From Deferribacterales bacterium (GTDB lineage: Bacteria > Chrysiogenota > Deferribacteres > Deferribacterales > Geovibrionaceae), in assembly GCA_050251875.1 (NCBI GenBank), contig JBFWMA010000001.1, forward strand, positions 218,456-282,455: a DNA stretch of 64,000 nt. Direction: 5' to 3'. This document shows positions 20,610 to 30,502 of the stretch, one piece after another (position 1 is the stretch's first letter; each line of letters starts with the position of its first letter). The translations under genes were made by a program, and so were the position numbers. Under the pieces are notes generated by a model, which saw only the letters and a list, made by a program, of their open reading frames with translations, searched no databases and had not been told where the DNA came from.

Positions 20610-21374
20610 ATGATGAAAATCAGGCAAAATTTAGATATTTTAGGCGTATTAGCAAGAAAAGAGATAAAAACAAGATATAAGAACAGTGTGTTTGGTTATT
20701 TTTGGTCACTGGCGAATCCTGTGGCATTTACTCTGATATTTTATTTCGCATTTGAAGTGGTATTTAAAGCTGGGGTTCCTAAATTCATACTGTTCCTTAT
20801 GACCGGTCTTTTTTCATGGCAATGGACGGCAAACTATGTGTCAAGTTCTACGAAGCTGTTTGTCATGAATACGAGTCTGATAAAGAAAGTTAATTTCCCC
20901 AGATATCTGATCCCCCTATCGGTGAACATACAGGATGCGTTTCATTTTCTGCTTACGATTCCGATACTTTTTGTGATCATGTATTACTATCATATAGACT
21001 TTAAGATGAATCTCATTGCCGGGGTGCCTCTTATTTTTATTTCTCAGTTTATCATGCTGTACGGCATAGGGCTTTTTCTGGCCTGTATAAATATATTTTT
21101 CAGAGATATAGAGCATTTGACGATTATCATTATGAATATGGTTTTCTACGCTACGCCGGTTCTGTATCCGATGCAAAAACTTCCTGATGCTTTTAGACCT
21201 TTTGTTTACTGCAATATTTTTGCTCCTACAGTTCTTGCCTGGAGATCACTCCTGCTTGAGGGGCATTTCAGCCTGACATATATCGGCCTTTCCTATATTT
21301 ATGCCGGTTTAGCATTGCTGCTCGGCACATACACCTACAAAAAACTGGTTTGGAAAATTCCGGAGTTGATCTGA
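20610..21374 (+). CDS. wzm: Polysaccharide ABC exporter permease
   Basis: EIKTRYKNSVFGYFWSLANP, LIKKVNFP, FRD, FYATPVLY. Confidence 0.95.
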   Translation: MMKIRQNLDILGVLARKEIKTRYKNSVFGYFWSLANPVAFTLIFYFAFEVVFKAGVPKFILFLMTGLFSWQWTANYVSSSTKLFVMNTSLIKKVNFPRYLIPLSVNIQDAFHFLLTIPILFVIMYYYHIDFKMNLIAGVPLIFISQFIMLYGIGLFLACINIFFRDIEHLTIIIMNMVFYATPVLYPMQKLPDAFRPFVYCNIFAPTVLAWRSLLLEGHFSLTYIGLSYIYAGLALLLGTYTYKKLVWKIPELI

Positions 21375-22117
21375 TGAGCGATACCATAGTTAAATTTGAT
21401 AATGTAAGCAAATATTATGATATGCACCTTACTGATTCCGGCGGAATCAAGAACTATCTTCTTAATCTTGGCAAAAGAAAGCAGAGAAAAGAGAAGAACA
21501 GGAAAGTTGTTTTTGAAAACCTGTCCTTTGAAATAAAAAGAGGAGAGCTGGTTGCGTTCATAGGCAGAAACGGCGCCGGGAAGAGTACTCTGCTCAGTCT
21601 TATTTCCCAGGTGATCAGGCCGGATTCTGGAACTATAGAGGTGAACTCAAGGATATCTTCCATGCTGGAACTTGGAGCAGGTTTTCACCCGGACCTGACA
21701 GGCATAGAGAATATTGAGCTTTACGGTATTCTTATGGGTTTTACCAAAAAAGAGATACACCAGAAGATGGACAGCATAATAGAATTTGCCGAACTTAAAG
21801 AATATATATATTCCCCTGTCAGATACTATTCCAGCGGGATGCAGGCCAGACTGGGTTTTTCCGTTATATCACAGCTGCATCCTGAGACCATAATAGTTGA
21901 TGAGGTCCTTGCTGTCGGCGATTTCAAATTCAGAACCAAATGTAATAATGTATTTCAGAAATTCAGAGACGAAGGGATCACAATTATCCTTGTTTCCCAT
22001 AGCGGAGTGGACGTAAAAGAATTCTGTACAAGAGCCATATGGCTGGATTCAGGTAAAATATGCTATGACGGCTTGCCGGAAGAAGCATTGGAAGCCTATG
22101 AAGAAAAATATACCTGA
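21374..22117 (+). CDS. wzt: Polysaccharide ABC exporter ATP-binding protein, short form
   Basis: GRNGAGKST, YSSGMQARLGFS, VDEVLAVGD; TGATG coupling to wzm. Confidence 0.95.
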   Translation: MSDTIVKFDNVSKYYDMHLTDSGGIKNYLLNLGKRKQRKEKNRKVVFENLSFEIKRGELVAFIGRNGAGKSTLLSLISQVIRPDSGTIEVNSRISSMLELGAGFHPDLTGIENIELYGILMGFTKKEIHQKMDSIIEFAELKEYIYSPVRYYSSGMQARLGFSVISQLHPETIIVDEVLAVGDFKFRTKCNNVFQKFRDEGITIILVSHSGVDVKEFCTRAIWLDSGKICYDGLPEEALEAYEEKYT

Positions 22118-22118
22118 T

Positions 22119-23105
22119 ATGAGCAGACGGCTCAGCGCCGCATTCAACACATATCCTATGGCTTTTAATACTCCCGGCGGCGGAGAGATACAGCTGTTGG
22201 CATATAAAAAGCATCTCGGCGGACTGAATGTCGAGGTCGATCTTTTTAATCTGTGGGAACCGGAATTTAATAAGTATGATCTGATGCACTTCTTTTCCTG
22301 TATAGGCGGTTCATATCATTTTTGCAGTTTTGTCAGACAGCTTGGCATTCCTCTGGTCATAACATCAAGCCTTTGGATAACCCGTAGCAACAAACACAAC
22401 TATGCTTTGGAAGAGATAAGAGCTCAGCTTAATCTGGCGGACAGGATAGTCACCAATTCGGATATGGAATCCGATACGCTGGCTGACGTCCTTGATCTTC
22501 CCAGAGAGAGGTTTTCAAAAGTATATAACGGTGTAGAGGATATATTTTATGACGGAAGAATTTCTGGGGATGTCTTCAGAAGTCATTTTGGCGTAGGATA
22601 CAGATTTGTGCTGAATGTGGGGAACATAGAGCCCAGAAAGAATCAGCTGACGCTGGCTAAGGCCGTTAAGCAAGTTCCTCAACTTAAGCTGATAATGATT
22701 GGCCACGTCAGAGATAAAGAATACATGGAACAGGTATTGAAAGAGGGCGGGGATAGCGCTGTTTATCTGGGGGCTTTGCCCAATGACAGCCGTCTGCTGA
22801 GATCAGCATACGCGGCGTGTGATGTATTCTGTCTGCCCAGCACCCTTGAAACACCGGGACTGGCGGCTTTGGAAGCGTATGCCAGCGGAGCGAAGATAGT
22901 TCTGACATCAGAAGGTTCCACTAAGGAATATTTTTGTGATGATGTCGAATATGTTGTTCATGATGATGTCAATTCTGTAAGGGATGCTATAATTAAAACA
23001 GCTGAACAGCCTCTTGCGGCTGATAAAAGATTAATAGATTTTAGGTGGTCTAACGCGTTAAAAGATCTTAGAAAAATATATAACGAAGTAGTGCGAGGAA
23101 GTTAA
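22119..23105 (+). CDS. GT4 glycosyltransferase
   Basis: GGGEIQ, VGNIEPRKNQ, ETPGLAALEA; start 22119 or 22098. Confidence 0.9.
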   Translation: MSRRLSAAFNTYPMAFNTPGGGEIQLLAYKKHLGGLNVEVDLFNLWEPEFNKYDLMHFFSCIGGSYHFCSFVRQLGIPLVITSSLWITRSNKHNYALEEIRAQLNLADRIVTNSDMESDTLADVLDLPRERFSKVYNGVEDIFYDGRISGDVFRSHFGVGYRFVLNVGNIEPRKNQLTLAKAVKQVPQLKLIMIGHVRDKEYMEQVLKEGGDSAVYLGALPNDSRLLRSAYAACDVFCLPSTLETPGLAALEAYASGAKIVLTSEGSTKEYFCDDVEYVVHDDVNSVRDAIIKTAEQPLAADKRLIDFRWSNALKDLRKIYNEVVRGS

Positions 23106-24302
23106 ATGAGTAAGTTTGTTTTCCATACAATTGTTGCCAAAAACTATTTTGGATATGCCAGAGCCTGGGCAAAAAATGTTAAGAAAGTTTATCCCGATTC
23201 TCCGGTATATATATTTGTCGCCGATGAGTTTGAGGGGCTTATTAATCCGGCCGAGGAGTCAGTTCCTGTTATTCAGTGCTGCGATATAGGCATGGAGGAT
23301 TTCGACTACATGAAATTCATCTATGAGGTGACAGAGTTCGCTACCAGTGTTAAGCCCTTCTGCATATCGTGGCTTTACGACAAGCATCCAGGACACGTTG
23401 TTGTCTATATGGACAGCGATACTTTTGTGCTGACTAAAATGGCAGAACTGGAAGAACATTTTGATAAAGGCGCTGACGCTGTGTTCACTCCCCACATATG
23501 TGAGCCTCTTGATGATGGTTTTTGGCCTTCTGAATACTCTTTTCTTACTGCCGGTATCTACAATATGGGATTCGGAGCGTTTGCGGATAAGCCGGAAGTG
23601 AGAAAATTCATTAAATGGTGGGAAAGTAAGCTGGCTCAGCATTGTGTATGGGCTCTGGATAAGGGTATTCACGTTGACCAGAAATGGATGGATTACGCCA
23701 CCGCTTTTCTTGAGCACGCCAAAGTTCTCAGACACCCGGGATATAATATAGCCTACTGGAATCTGCCGCACCGCAATATTGAGCTTAAAGACGGGGAATG
23801 GCTTTCCAACAGTCTTCCCGTGAGGTTTGTTCATGTAAGCGGAAATGATCTGAGAGACAAAAATAATCTTTCCAAACATCAGAACAGATATACCAGAGCG
23901 GATCTAAAAGATATCAATCAGCTTATTGAAGTATATCAGAAAAATGCTATAGAGGCAGGTCAGCTTGAGACCATCACATGGCCTTATACATTCTTTAAAG
24001 GGAGATATTTTGAAAATATTCCTTTTTACCTCAGGATGTATTTCAGAGAAAGAAACGACAGGTTCTCTATGCGTGGAAAAGATGTAGAAGCCTATGCGTA
24101 CGAGTATTTTATGGGCAAAGATGATTCTCTGGAGGATTTCGGACTGGATGGAATGAACCGTATGGCGCTGGCATATTATTCTGTCAGGGAAGATCTGAAG
24201 ACTGCTTTCGATCTTACTACAATGCAAGGTCAGGAGAAATATCTCGCATGGCTGAAATCAAACGATATTGACCTATTCTATATATCCGGAGACAGAAAGT
24301 GA
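23106..24302 (+). CDS. Putative GT-A fold glycosyltransferase with one C-terminal helical repeat
   Basis: TIVAKNY, YMDSD (DxD), TPH, G.YN.GF, DQKW.D, GYN.AYWNL..R. Confidence 0.78.
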   Translation: MSKFVFHTIVAKNYFGYARAWAKNVKKVYPDSPVYIFVADEFEGLINPAEESVPVIQCCDIGMEDFDYMKFIYEVTEFATSVKPFCISWLYDKHPGHVVVYMDSDTFVLTKMAELEEHFDKGADAVFTPHICEPLDDGFWPSEYSFLTAGIYNMGFGAFADKPEVRKFIKWWESKLAQHCVWALDKGIHVDQKWMDYATAFLEHAKVLRHPGYNIAYWNLPHRNIELKDGEWLSNSLPVRFVHVSGNDLRDKNNLSKHQNRYTRADLKDINQLIEVYQKNAIEAGQLETITWPYTFFKGRYFENIPFYLRMYFRERNDRFSMRGKDVEAYAYEYFMGKDDSLEDFGLDGMNRMALAYYSVREDLKTAFDLTTMQGQEKYLAWLKSNDIDLFYISGDRK

Positions 24303-26749
24303 CGACAGACCATGCCGGGGACTGGAAATATTCTGATTCACTGCTTGTGGGTGACGCATACAAACATCTTATAACAAAAGAGATGGCTGCTTTATGGCTT
24401 ACATCTCCGACGGATCTTGCCTCTGAATTTCCTATTGATACCGCGGAAGGTAAAGTTCTGCTTATCGCTTACTGTTTTTTCTGTAAAAAAGAACTGTTAC
24501 GGTCGGAAGAAGTCTATAAGACAGTTTACGACATCATTTTTAATAATCATTATAATGGCGATGCAAGTGTGTTGAGAGATTTTGACAGGCTTGTTCCGGT
24601 TTTGAATGATACTCATTCGGAAATAGCTGATGTTATAAGGCCTTTTATTTTTTACAGGATGTTCAGACCAGATATCAGACAGAATTTTGATATATCCGTA
24701 CTGACAGGCGCCTGTAAAGGGGTTTTATGGTTCATAATTGAGATCATTCAGCACGGAGAAGGTTTTTTTGATTACCTCGACAGGCTGAACAGTCCTGTTT
24801 CAGATCAATACCAGACAACTCATATTAAAATATCCAGACTGATATATATTTTTTTCATGTCGCAAAAGGACACAATCACTGTTTATGATATTAACACGCA
24901 TGAGAGCAGACAGAATCTGTTGAGAATCTGGATGGATGCGAGAGACAGGATTCTGTCCGGGCTTCATTGTTCAGATGATAAATGGCTGGATGACGCTTAT
25001 TCCATTTCCGGCGACTGCAAAATACTGACCAACGTAATGCTGTTTATGCATCAGCTTAGAGCAGATCTTAGTGAAGCCTTTGACCTGAATGATAAAAAAC
25101 AGCTGTACGGCTACGTCTGCTGGCTGCTTGGAAGCAGTATAATAAGTGAGACGCCTTTTATCAAAGAGCATGCGCTCTGGTATAAACAGATGATGTCTGA
25201 GAAGTATGACCAGATTGAGATGAAAACTCCGGTCAGCATCACTTTCGGCATGTATGTTTTTTTTGAATGTCATCCGGAGCTTTTTGAAAATAAAGATATA
25301 AATTCGGTAAAATGTCAGATTGAACTGATCGACAGATGGCTGACTGAGAGAAAATCAATCAGTATCTTAAAGTTAGCTGATCATAAAAGCTGGTTCGATG
25401 GCCTTTCTGAGTATCCTTATGAAAAATCTGATTTTAACGCGTTCATGTATTTTCTGATGATGAAAATCAAAGACGTTGATGATGTAAATAACCTGACAGA
25501 CGCAGATATGGTTTCATTTGCGGCATGGCTCAAGCTCAACAAAGAAGACGTGCTGAAAATATACATGATATCCGGAGAGAACGGAGATATAGCGTCTGCT
25601 CTTGACTATGCGGCAGAGTATGCGGGTAAATTCTGCAAAGGAATTAATCTTATAGGTATGGCAACGGCTGACATGGGCATAGGCGAGGACCTGAGAATGA
25701 CAGCGGAGGCTCTCGTAAATGCCGGAATGCCTTTTAATATTTATGAGTTTCCAAAGGATATGCATTGTTCTTTTACAAGTACATCCCACTCTCAGTATAT
25801 CAATAACAGAATAAGTTACGCTGTAAATATATTTTGTCTGCCTGCGTCGTCAATAATCAAAGCGTATTTTCATGATTCAGGAATTTTTGAAGGCAGATAT
25901 AATATAGCCTATACACAGTGGGAGTTTGATGATCTGCCTATGGTCATTGGCGAATCTTTTGTAGAAATCATTGATGAGGTCTGGGGAATATCTTCTTTTG
26001 TTGCGCAGGCATTTTCTAAAGCGACAGACAAGCCGGTGATGGCCATGAAATCAAGTTTATATATTGAGAATAATAAAGAGTATAAAAGGTCGCATTTTAA
26101 ACTGCCTGAGGATAAATTTTTATTTATCTTTACTTTTGACGGCAATTCCAACCTTAACAGAAAAAATCCTCTTGCCTGCGTAGACGCTTTCCTATCGGCT
26201 TTCGGCGGCACCGATGCTAATGTCGGGCTGGTTATCAAGTGTATGAACACGTCCAATGTTAGCGACTGGCAGCAGTACGCTGAAAAAATAAAAAGCAGCG
26301 GCAATATATATCTGATAGAAGAAAACCTTCCTAAGAATGAGGTTATGGAACTTGTAAGATCTTGTGACGCGTTTGTTTCTCTGCACCGTTCCGAGGGGTT
26401 CGGCAGAGGCATAGCGGAGGCTATGCTGATGGACAAGGCCGTAGTTGTTACAGGGTATTCCGGTAATATGGATTTCACGCTGGATGACACTGCTTTTCTG
26501 GTAAGCGGAAAACTTGAAAAGGTGAAGAAGGGCCAGTATCTCTTCGCAGAGGGCTGTATGTGGATGACGGCGTCAGTGGCTGATGCCGCCGACAAAATGA
26601 AAGAGTGCTACTATAACACGCCGCTGAGAGAGGCCAAGATAAAGAACGCCAGAGCGCTGATAGAGACCAATCATTCCACATATGCGCAGGGCAGAGCTTT
26701 GACAGAGAGAATCAATACGATTTTTGACGAATATATATGGGAGAACTGA
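24299..26749 (+). CDS. GT4 glycosyltransferase with an N-terminal array of helical repeats
   Basis: C-terminal GINLIG..GIGED.R, WE, RKNP, SLHRSEGFGRGIAEAM; GTG start. Confidence 0.88.
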   Translation: MTTDHAGDWKYSDSLLVGDAYKHLITKEMAALWLTSPTDLASEFPIDTAEGKVLLIAYCFFCKKELLRSEEVYKTVYDIIFNNHYNGDASVLRDFDRLVPVLNDTHSEIADVIRPFIFYRMFRPDIRQNFDISVLTGACKGVLWFIIEIIQHGEGFFDYLDRLNSPVSDQYQTTHIKISRLIYIFFMSQKDTITVYDINTHESRQNLLRIWMDARDRILSGLHCSDDKWLDDAYSISGDCKILTNVMLFMHQLRADLSEAFDLNDKKQLYGYVCWLLGSSIISETPFIKEHALWYKQMMSEKYDQIEMKTPVSITFGMYVFFECHPELFENKDINSVKCQIELIDRWLTERKSISILKLADHKSWFDGLSEYPYEKSDFNAFMYFLMMKIKDVDDVNNLTDADMVSFAAWLKLNKEDVLKIYMISGENGDIASALDYAAEYAGKFCKGINLIGMATADMGIGEDLRMTAEALVNAGMPFNIYEFPKDMHCSFTSTSHSQYINNRISYAVNIFCLPASSIIKAYFHDSGIFEGRYNIAYTQWEFDDLPMVIGESFVEIIDEVWGISSFVAQAFSKATDKPVMAMKSSLYIENNKEYKRSHFKLPEDKFLFIFTFDGNSNLNRKNPLACVDAFLSAFGGTDANVGLVIKCMNTSNVSDWQQYAEKIKSSGNIYLIEENLPKNEVMELVRSCDAFVSLHRSEGFGRGIAEAMLMDKAVVVTGYSGNMDFTLDDTAFLVSGKLEKVKKGQYLFAEGCMWMTASVADAADKMKECYYNTPLREAKIKNARALIETNHSTYAQGRALTERINTIFDEYIWEN

Positions 26750-27883
26750 ATGAGCAACACAGGTTACGGAAAGGACGGCATCAATGTTTTTGGATATATT
26801 AAGGCCAATATGGGGATGGGGCAGGCCGTCAGACAGAATATAATCGCTCTGCATAAGGTAGGAGTAAAAACAACAGTACACGATGTCACTACCAACGGTC
26901 TTCATGTTGAGACAGATACTCTTCTTGATGGGTATATTACTGATGAATTAAAGTATTTTTATAACTATATTCACATAAACGCCGATGAGACAGTGGATCT
27001 GGACACTAAGGTCACCAAAGCCCAGAGAGAAAACAGGTATAATATAGGCTACTGGGGTTGGGAACTTTCAGTTTTCCCGGATATGTGGCTGAAAGCCTTC
27101 GATCATCTGGATGAAGTATGGGTTTACTCAAAATTTATTCAGGAGGCCGTAGCGGCAAAAACAGACAAACCTGTGGTTGTGGTGCCTATAGCTGTTCCGC
27201 CGGTGACAGGTGAGCTTTTTGACAGGGAGTATTTTGGCATACCTAAAGATAAAACATGCTTTCTGATCACATTTGACCTGCATTCACTCTTTGCCAGAAA
27301 AAATCCTCTTGGAGCTATTGATGCATTCCGCAGAGCCTTCAGCGAGAAGGACAACGCTCTGCTGGTGATCAAACTGCACTCAGGCCGCCATGATTTTACT
27401 AATGAACGCAAGATGCTTTATGATAATATTAAAAATGACCCTAAGATATTCATCATAGATAAGGTGCTGACCAGACAGGAGCAGGACAGTCTTCAGAACT
27501 GTATAGACTGCTACATCTCTCTGCACCGTTCCGAGGGATTCGGGCTTAATATCGCTGAGTGTATGGCGCTGGGCAAGCCGGTTATCGCAACCGATTATTC
27601 CGGCAATACAGACTTTATGTCTTCTGACGAAGCATTCGCTGTGCCCTATACTATGACTGATGTAAAAGAGAATGAATACCCCTGCTGGCAGGGTCAGCAC
27701 TGGGCAGAACCTGATCTCGGTGCTGCCGCGGAATATATGAGAAAGATATATCGCGACCCTGAGTATGCCGCGGAGATCGGCAGAAAGGCCAGAGCGAGGA
27801 TTCTGAAAGAACTCTCATATGAGGCTGTCGGAAAAGTAATGAAGGACAGGCTGGATCAGCTTAATACACTGCTTGGAAAATAA
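26750..27883 (+). CDS. GT4 glycosyltransferase
   Basis: GINVFG, YWGWEL, RKNP, SLHRSEGFGLNIAECM. Confidence 0.92.
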   Translation: MSNTGYGKDGINVFGYIKANMGMGQAVRQNIIALHKVGVKTTVHDVTTNGLHVETDTLLDGYITDELKYFYNYIHINADETVDLDTKVTKAQRENRYNIGYWGWELSVFPDMWLKAFDHLDEVWVYSKFIQEAVAAKTDKPVVVVPIAVPPVTGELFDREYFGIPKDKTCFLITFDLHSLFARKNPLGAIDAFRRAFSEKDNALLVIKLHSGRHDFTNERKMLYDNIKNDPKIFIIDKVLTRQEQDSLQNCIDCYISLHRSEGFGLNIAECMALGKPVIATDYSGNTDFMSSDEAFAVPYTMTDVKENEYPCWQGQHWAEPDLGAAAEYMRKIYRDPEYAAEIGRKARARILKELSYEAVGKVMKDRLDQLNTLLGK

Positions 27884-27884
27884 A

Positions 27885-28931
27885 ATGAAAAAGATATATA
27901 TCGTTGCTCCTGATATCCATGTTAAAGACGCTGTGGGCAATTTCTGTTTTGATCTGGCTTCGCTGTATAACAGCGCCGGACACAGCGCAGTGCTTTGCGC
28001 TCAGAACTATACTTACGAAGAAATGGAAGTCAGGCATGTTGACTATATGTTTGAAAATATTAATGACGATGATGTCCTTTTTATTTGTTACTCCATAGAG
28101 GACAGGTATCTGGACAGATATCTGGAACTGAAGAATCATAAAATCTGCTACTTTCATGGAGTTACGCCTCCTGAACTTCTGGAATCTTTTGATCCTGTGG
28201 TTGCACAGCAGTGCAGAAACTCTTACGGTCAGTTTCCAAAGCTGGATACCTGCAAATATATTATCGCAAGTTCGCAGTTCACCGCGGATTTTCTTTCAGG
28301 TTTTTTAAACGGCAGAAAGATAGATGTGCTGCCTCCGGTATTTAAAAAGCGTTTTGAAGGCAAACATCCTAAGGAGCACAAGGTACAGAATGAAGATACT
28401 GTTAAGGTTCTGTGCGTAGGCCGGGTAGCTCCGAATAAAAATATTGAGCAGGTTATCGAAATATTTGCCGGATTCAGCAGAATGCAGAAAAACAGTGTGC
28501 TCAGAATTGTAGGCTCCAATCATAACGATAATTATAATAAAGTGCTTTACGAAATCATCGATAGAATGAGTATTTCAGATAAAGTCATTTTTACCGGAAT
28601 GGTGAAGGACGACGAGCTTTTTGACGAATTTCAGAATGCGGATATCTTTATAACGGCCAGTAATCACGAGGGCTTTTGTATCCCTGTTCTTGAGGCGATG
28701 TTCTTCGGGCTTTTGACTGTGGCAAAGAAAGGCAACGCCGCGGCAGAGGTTCTTGGTGATTCCGGCTATTCATTTGACGCAAATGAGGCGCCGGAGGAGA
28801 CTGCTGCCGCTATATATAAATACTTCTCTGATAAAAAAACTACGGATGACCTTGTGTCAAAAGGCTTTAAAAGAGCCGATGAATACACCTCAAAAAACAC
28901 AGCTGATGTCTGGTGCAGATATCTTATATGA
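27885..28931 (+). CDS. GT4 glycosyltransferase
   Basis: DAVGN, FHGVTPP, VGRVAPNK, HEGFCIPVLEAM. Confidence 0.92.
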   Translation: MKKIYIVAPDIHVKDAVGNFCFDLASLYNSAGHSAVLCAQNYTYEEMEVRHVDYMFENINDDDVLFICYSIEDRYLDRYLELKNHKICYFHGVTPPELLESFDPVVAQQCRNSYGQFPKLDTCKYIIASSQFTADFLSGFLNGRKIDVLPPVFKKRFEGKHPKEHKVQNEDTVKVLCVGRVAPNKNIEQVIEIFAGFSRMQKNSVLRIVGSNHNDNYNKVLYEIIDRMSISDKVIFTGMVKDDELFDEFQNADIFITASNHEGFCIPVLEAMFFGLLTVAKKGNAAAEVLGDSGYSFDANEAPEETAAAIYKYFSDKKTTDDLVSKGFKRADEYTSKNTADVWCRYLI

Positions 28932-28946
28932 CTTTCAGGAGCAGTT

Positions 28947-30377
28947 ATGACTAGTGATCAGTTTATTTTCGATTATGATAATATAGAGCTTGGCGACGCC
29001 GGTTCTATAGACGTTCTTGAGCCGGTTGATCAGGATTCATCAATTCTCATTGAAGGATGGAGCCTTTATCTTGTTAGGGATGAGTTTTTTCTTCCTGAAT
29101 ATATTGTTGTTATGTTTGATGAAGAGATTATATCAAAAGTGCCGTTAAATGCGATGCGTCCGGATGTGACTGAAGCAAAAAAACTTGATGATAAATACGC
29201 ACTCTGTGGTTTTTCAGTCAAAATCCCTTTTGAACAGAGATTTACTGAAAAAAATAAATTCAGCTTTTACTCTGGATATAATGGACATTATAAAACCATA
29301 CTGAAGCCAGGCTATAAAGAGCTTCAGCTGGAGCTTACCGGCAGATGCAATATGAAGTGTCCGCAGTGCCCAAGTGTCTCATACAGTGACTTTCACAACA
29401 AAGACATGAATATGGATGATCTGAAAATCATAAAAACTCTGCTTGAAAACAGCGAGCTCATATGTTTGGACGGGTTTGGAGAAATATTTATGAATAAGGA
29501 TTTTGTTGAGTTTCTTAGAGCAACTCCAAGATCCAATCAGATTATTTTTCATACGAATGGGATGTTATTCTCTAGCAAATATTGGGATGCTATACTGGAA
29601 TGTTCACCCCCGCTGAGAAATATGATTTTCTCAGTTGATTCTCTTGTTCCGCATAAATATGAGAATTTACGTCCGGGTGGAAAGCTGGATAAGGTTCTGG
29701 ATAATATGTTCAAATTTAAGGAATATAGAGAATCAAATAACAGAAATCTGCCGAAAATTATTGTTAACATGACACTCATGAAAGACAATGTCGATGAACT
29801 CTGTGATTATGTTGAACTGGCTTCCCGTTTGGACGGGTATTTTGAAATAAACCAATTGTATGACGCTCAGCAGCTCAACTCGAACATAGAAGTGACTAAA
29901 GAGGAAAAGCAGTTCAGATTCAACTATGAAGAGCAGAAGCCAAAACATTATGCCCGAGAAGTTAACAGTTCTATAAAGAAAGCTGTTGCTCTGGCAAAGG
30001 AAAAAGGTGTGACGGTCATGTTCAGCGGTTCTAATCTTGAAATGCTGAATGAAGGTGCCTCTGGAGACGAATACGGCGGTTTTCGCGAACCTGTGGAATG
30101 CTGTCCTCATATCCGTAACCATCAGATGATATTTGCCGATGGCAGAGCCCAGTTCTGTGTCTGGCAGACTTCGCCTGTCTTTAATTGGAAAGAGACAAAT
30201 AACGTTGATATTCTGAAAGACCCCAGGGGAATTATAATCCGTGAGATGATACTGAAAGGAGAGATCCCGTACGAGTGCAGCGGAGCTGGTTGTAAATGGG
30301 TGGGGCTTGAACTGTCAACAGAGAAAAAGGATGATATAGAGCAGGTGAAAGGAGGCTGGTCCGGAAAAGCAAAATAG
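28947..30377 (+). CDS. Radical SAM protein with N-terminal accessory domain and Cys-rich C-terminus
   Basis: CNMKCPQC (CX3CX2C), GFGE, TNG, SVDS; C-terminal CCPH...DGRAQFC...CSGAGC. Confidence 0.88.
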   Translation: MTSDQFIFDYDNIELGDAGSIDVLEPVDQDSSILIEGWSLYLVRDEFFLPEYIVVMFDEEIISKVPLNAMRPDVTEAKKLDDKYALCGFSVKIPFEQRFTEKNKFSFYSGYNGHYKTILKPGYKELQLELTGRCNMKCPQCPSVSYSDFHNKDMNMDDLKIIKTLLENSELICLDGFGEIFMNKDFVEFLRATPRSNQIIFHTNGMLFSSKYWDAILECSPPLRNMIFSVDSLVPHKYENLRPGGKLDKVLDNMFKFKEYRESNNRNLPKIIVNMTLMKDNVDELCDYVELASRLDGYFEINQLYDAQQLNSNIEVTKEEKQFRFNYEEQKPKHYAREVNSSIKKAVALAKEKGVTVMFSGSNLEMLNEGASGDEYGGFREPVECCPHIRNHQMIFADGRAQFCVWQTSPVFNWKETNNVDILKDPRGIIIREMILKGEIPYECSGAGCKWVGLELSTEKKDDIEQVKGGWSGKAK

Positions 30378-30502
30378 GTTTTATGAGAGTTTATTTTGAT
30401 TTTGTTGTGATCACTAGGTTAATTAATTTACAATTGGTCTTTTTATAGTATAAAATTATTAAGTTTTCGTATAGAGGGAATCAAAATACACAAGGTGTTG
30501 TC

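Noticed and set aside
30427..30456. Promoter TTTACA-N18-TAAAAT before the sulfotransferase-like gene
   Set aside because: Plausible, but such matches arise easily in AT-rich DNA and the spacing is non-optimal.
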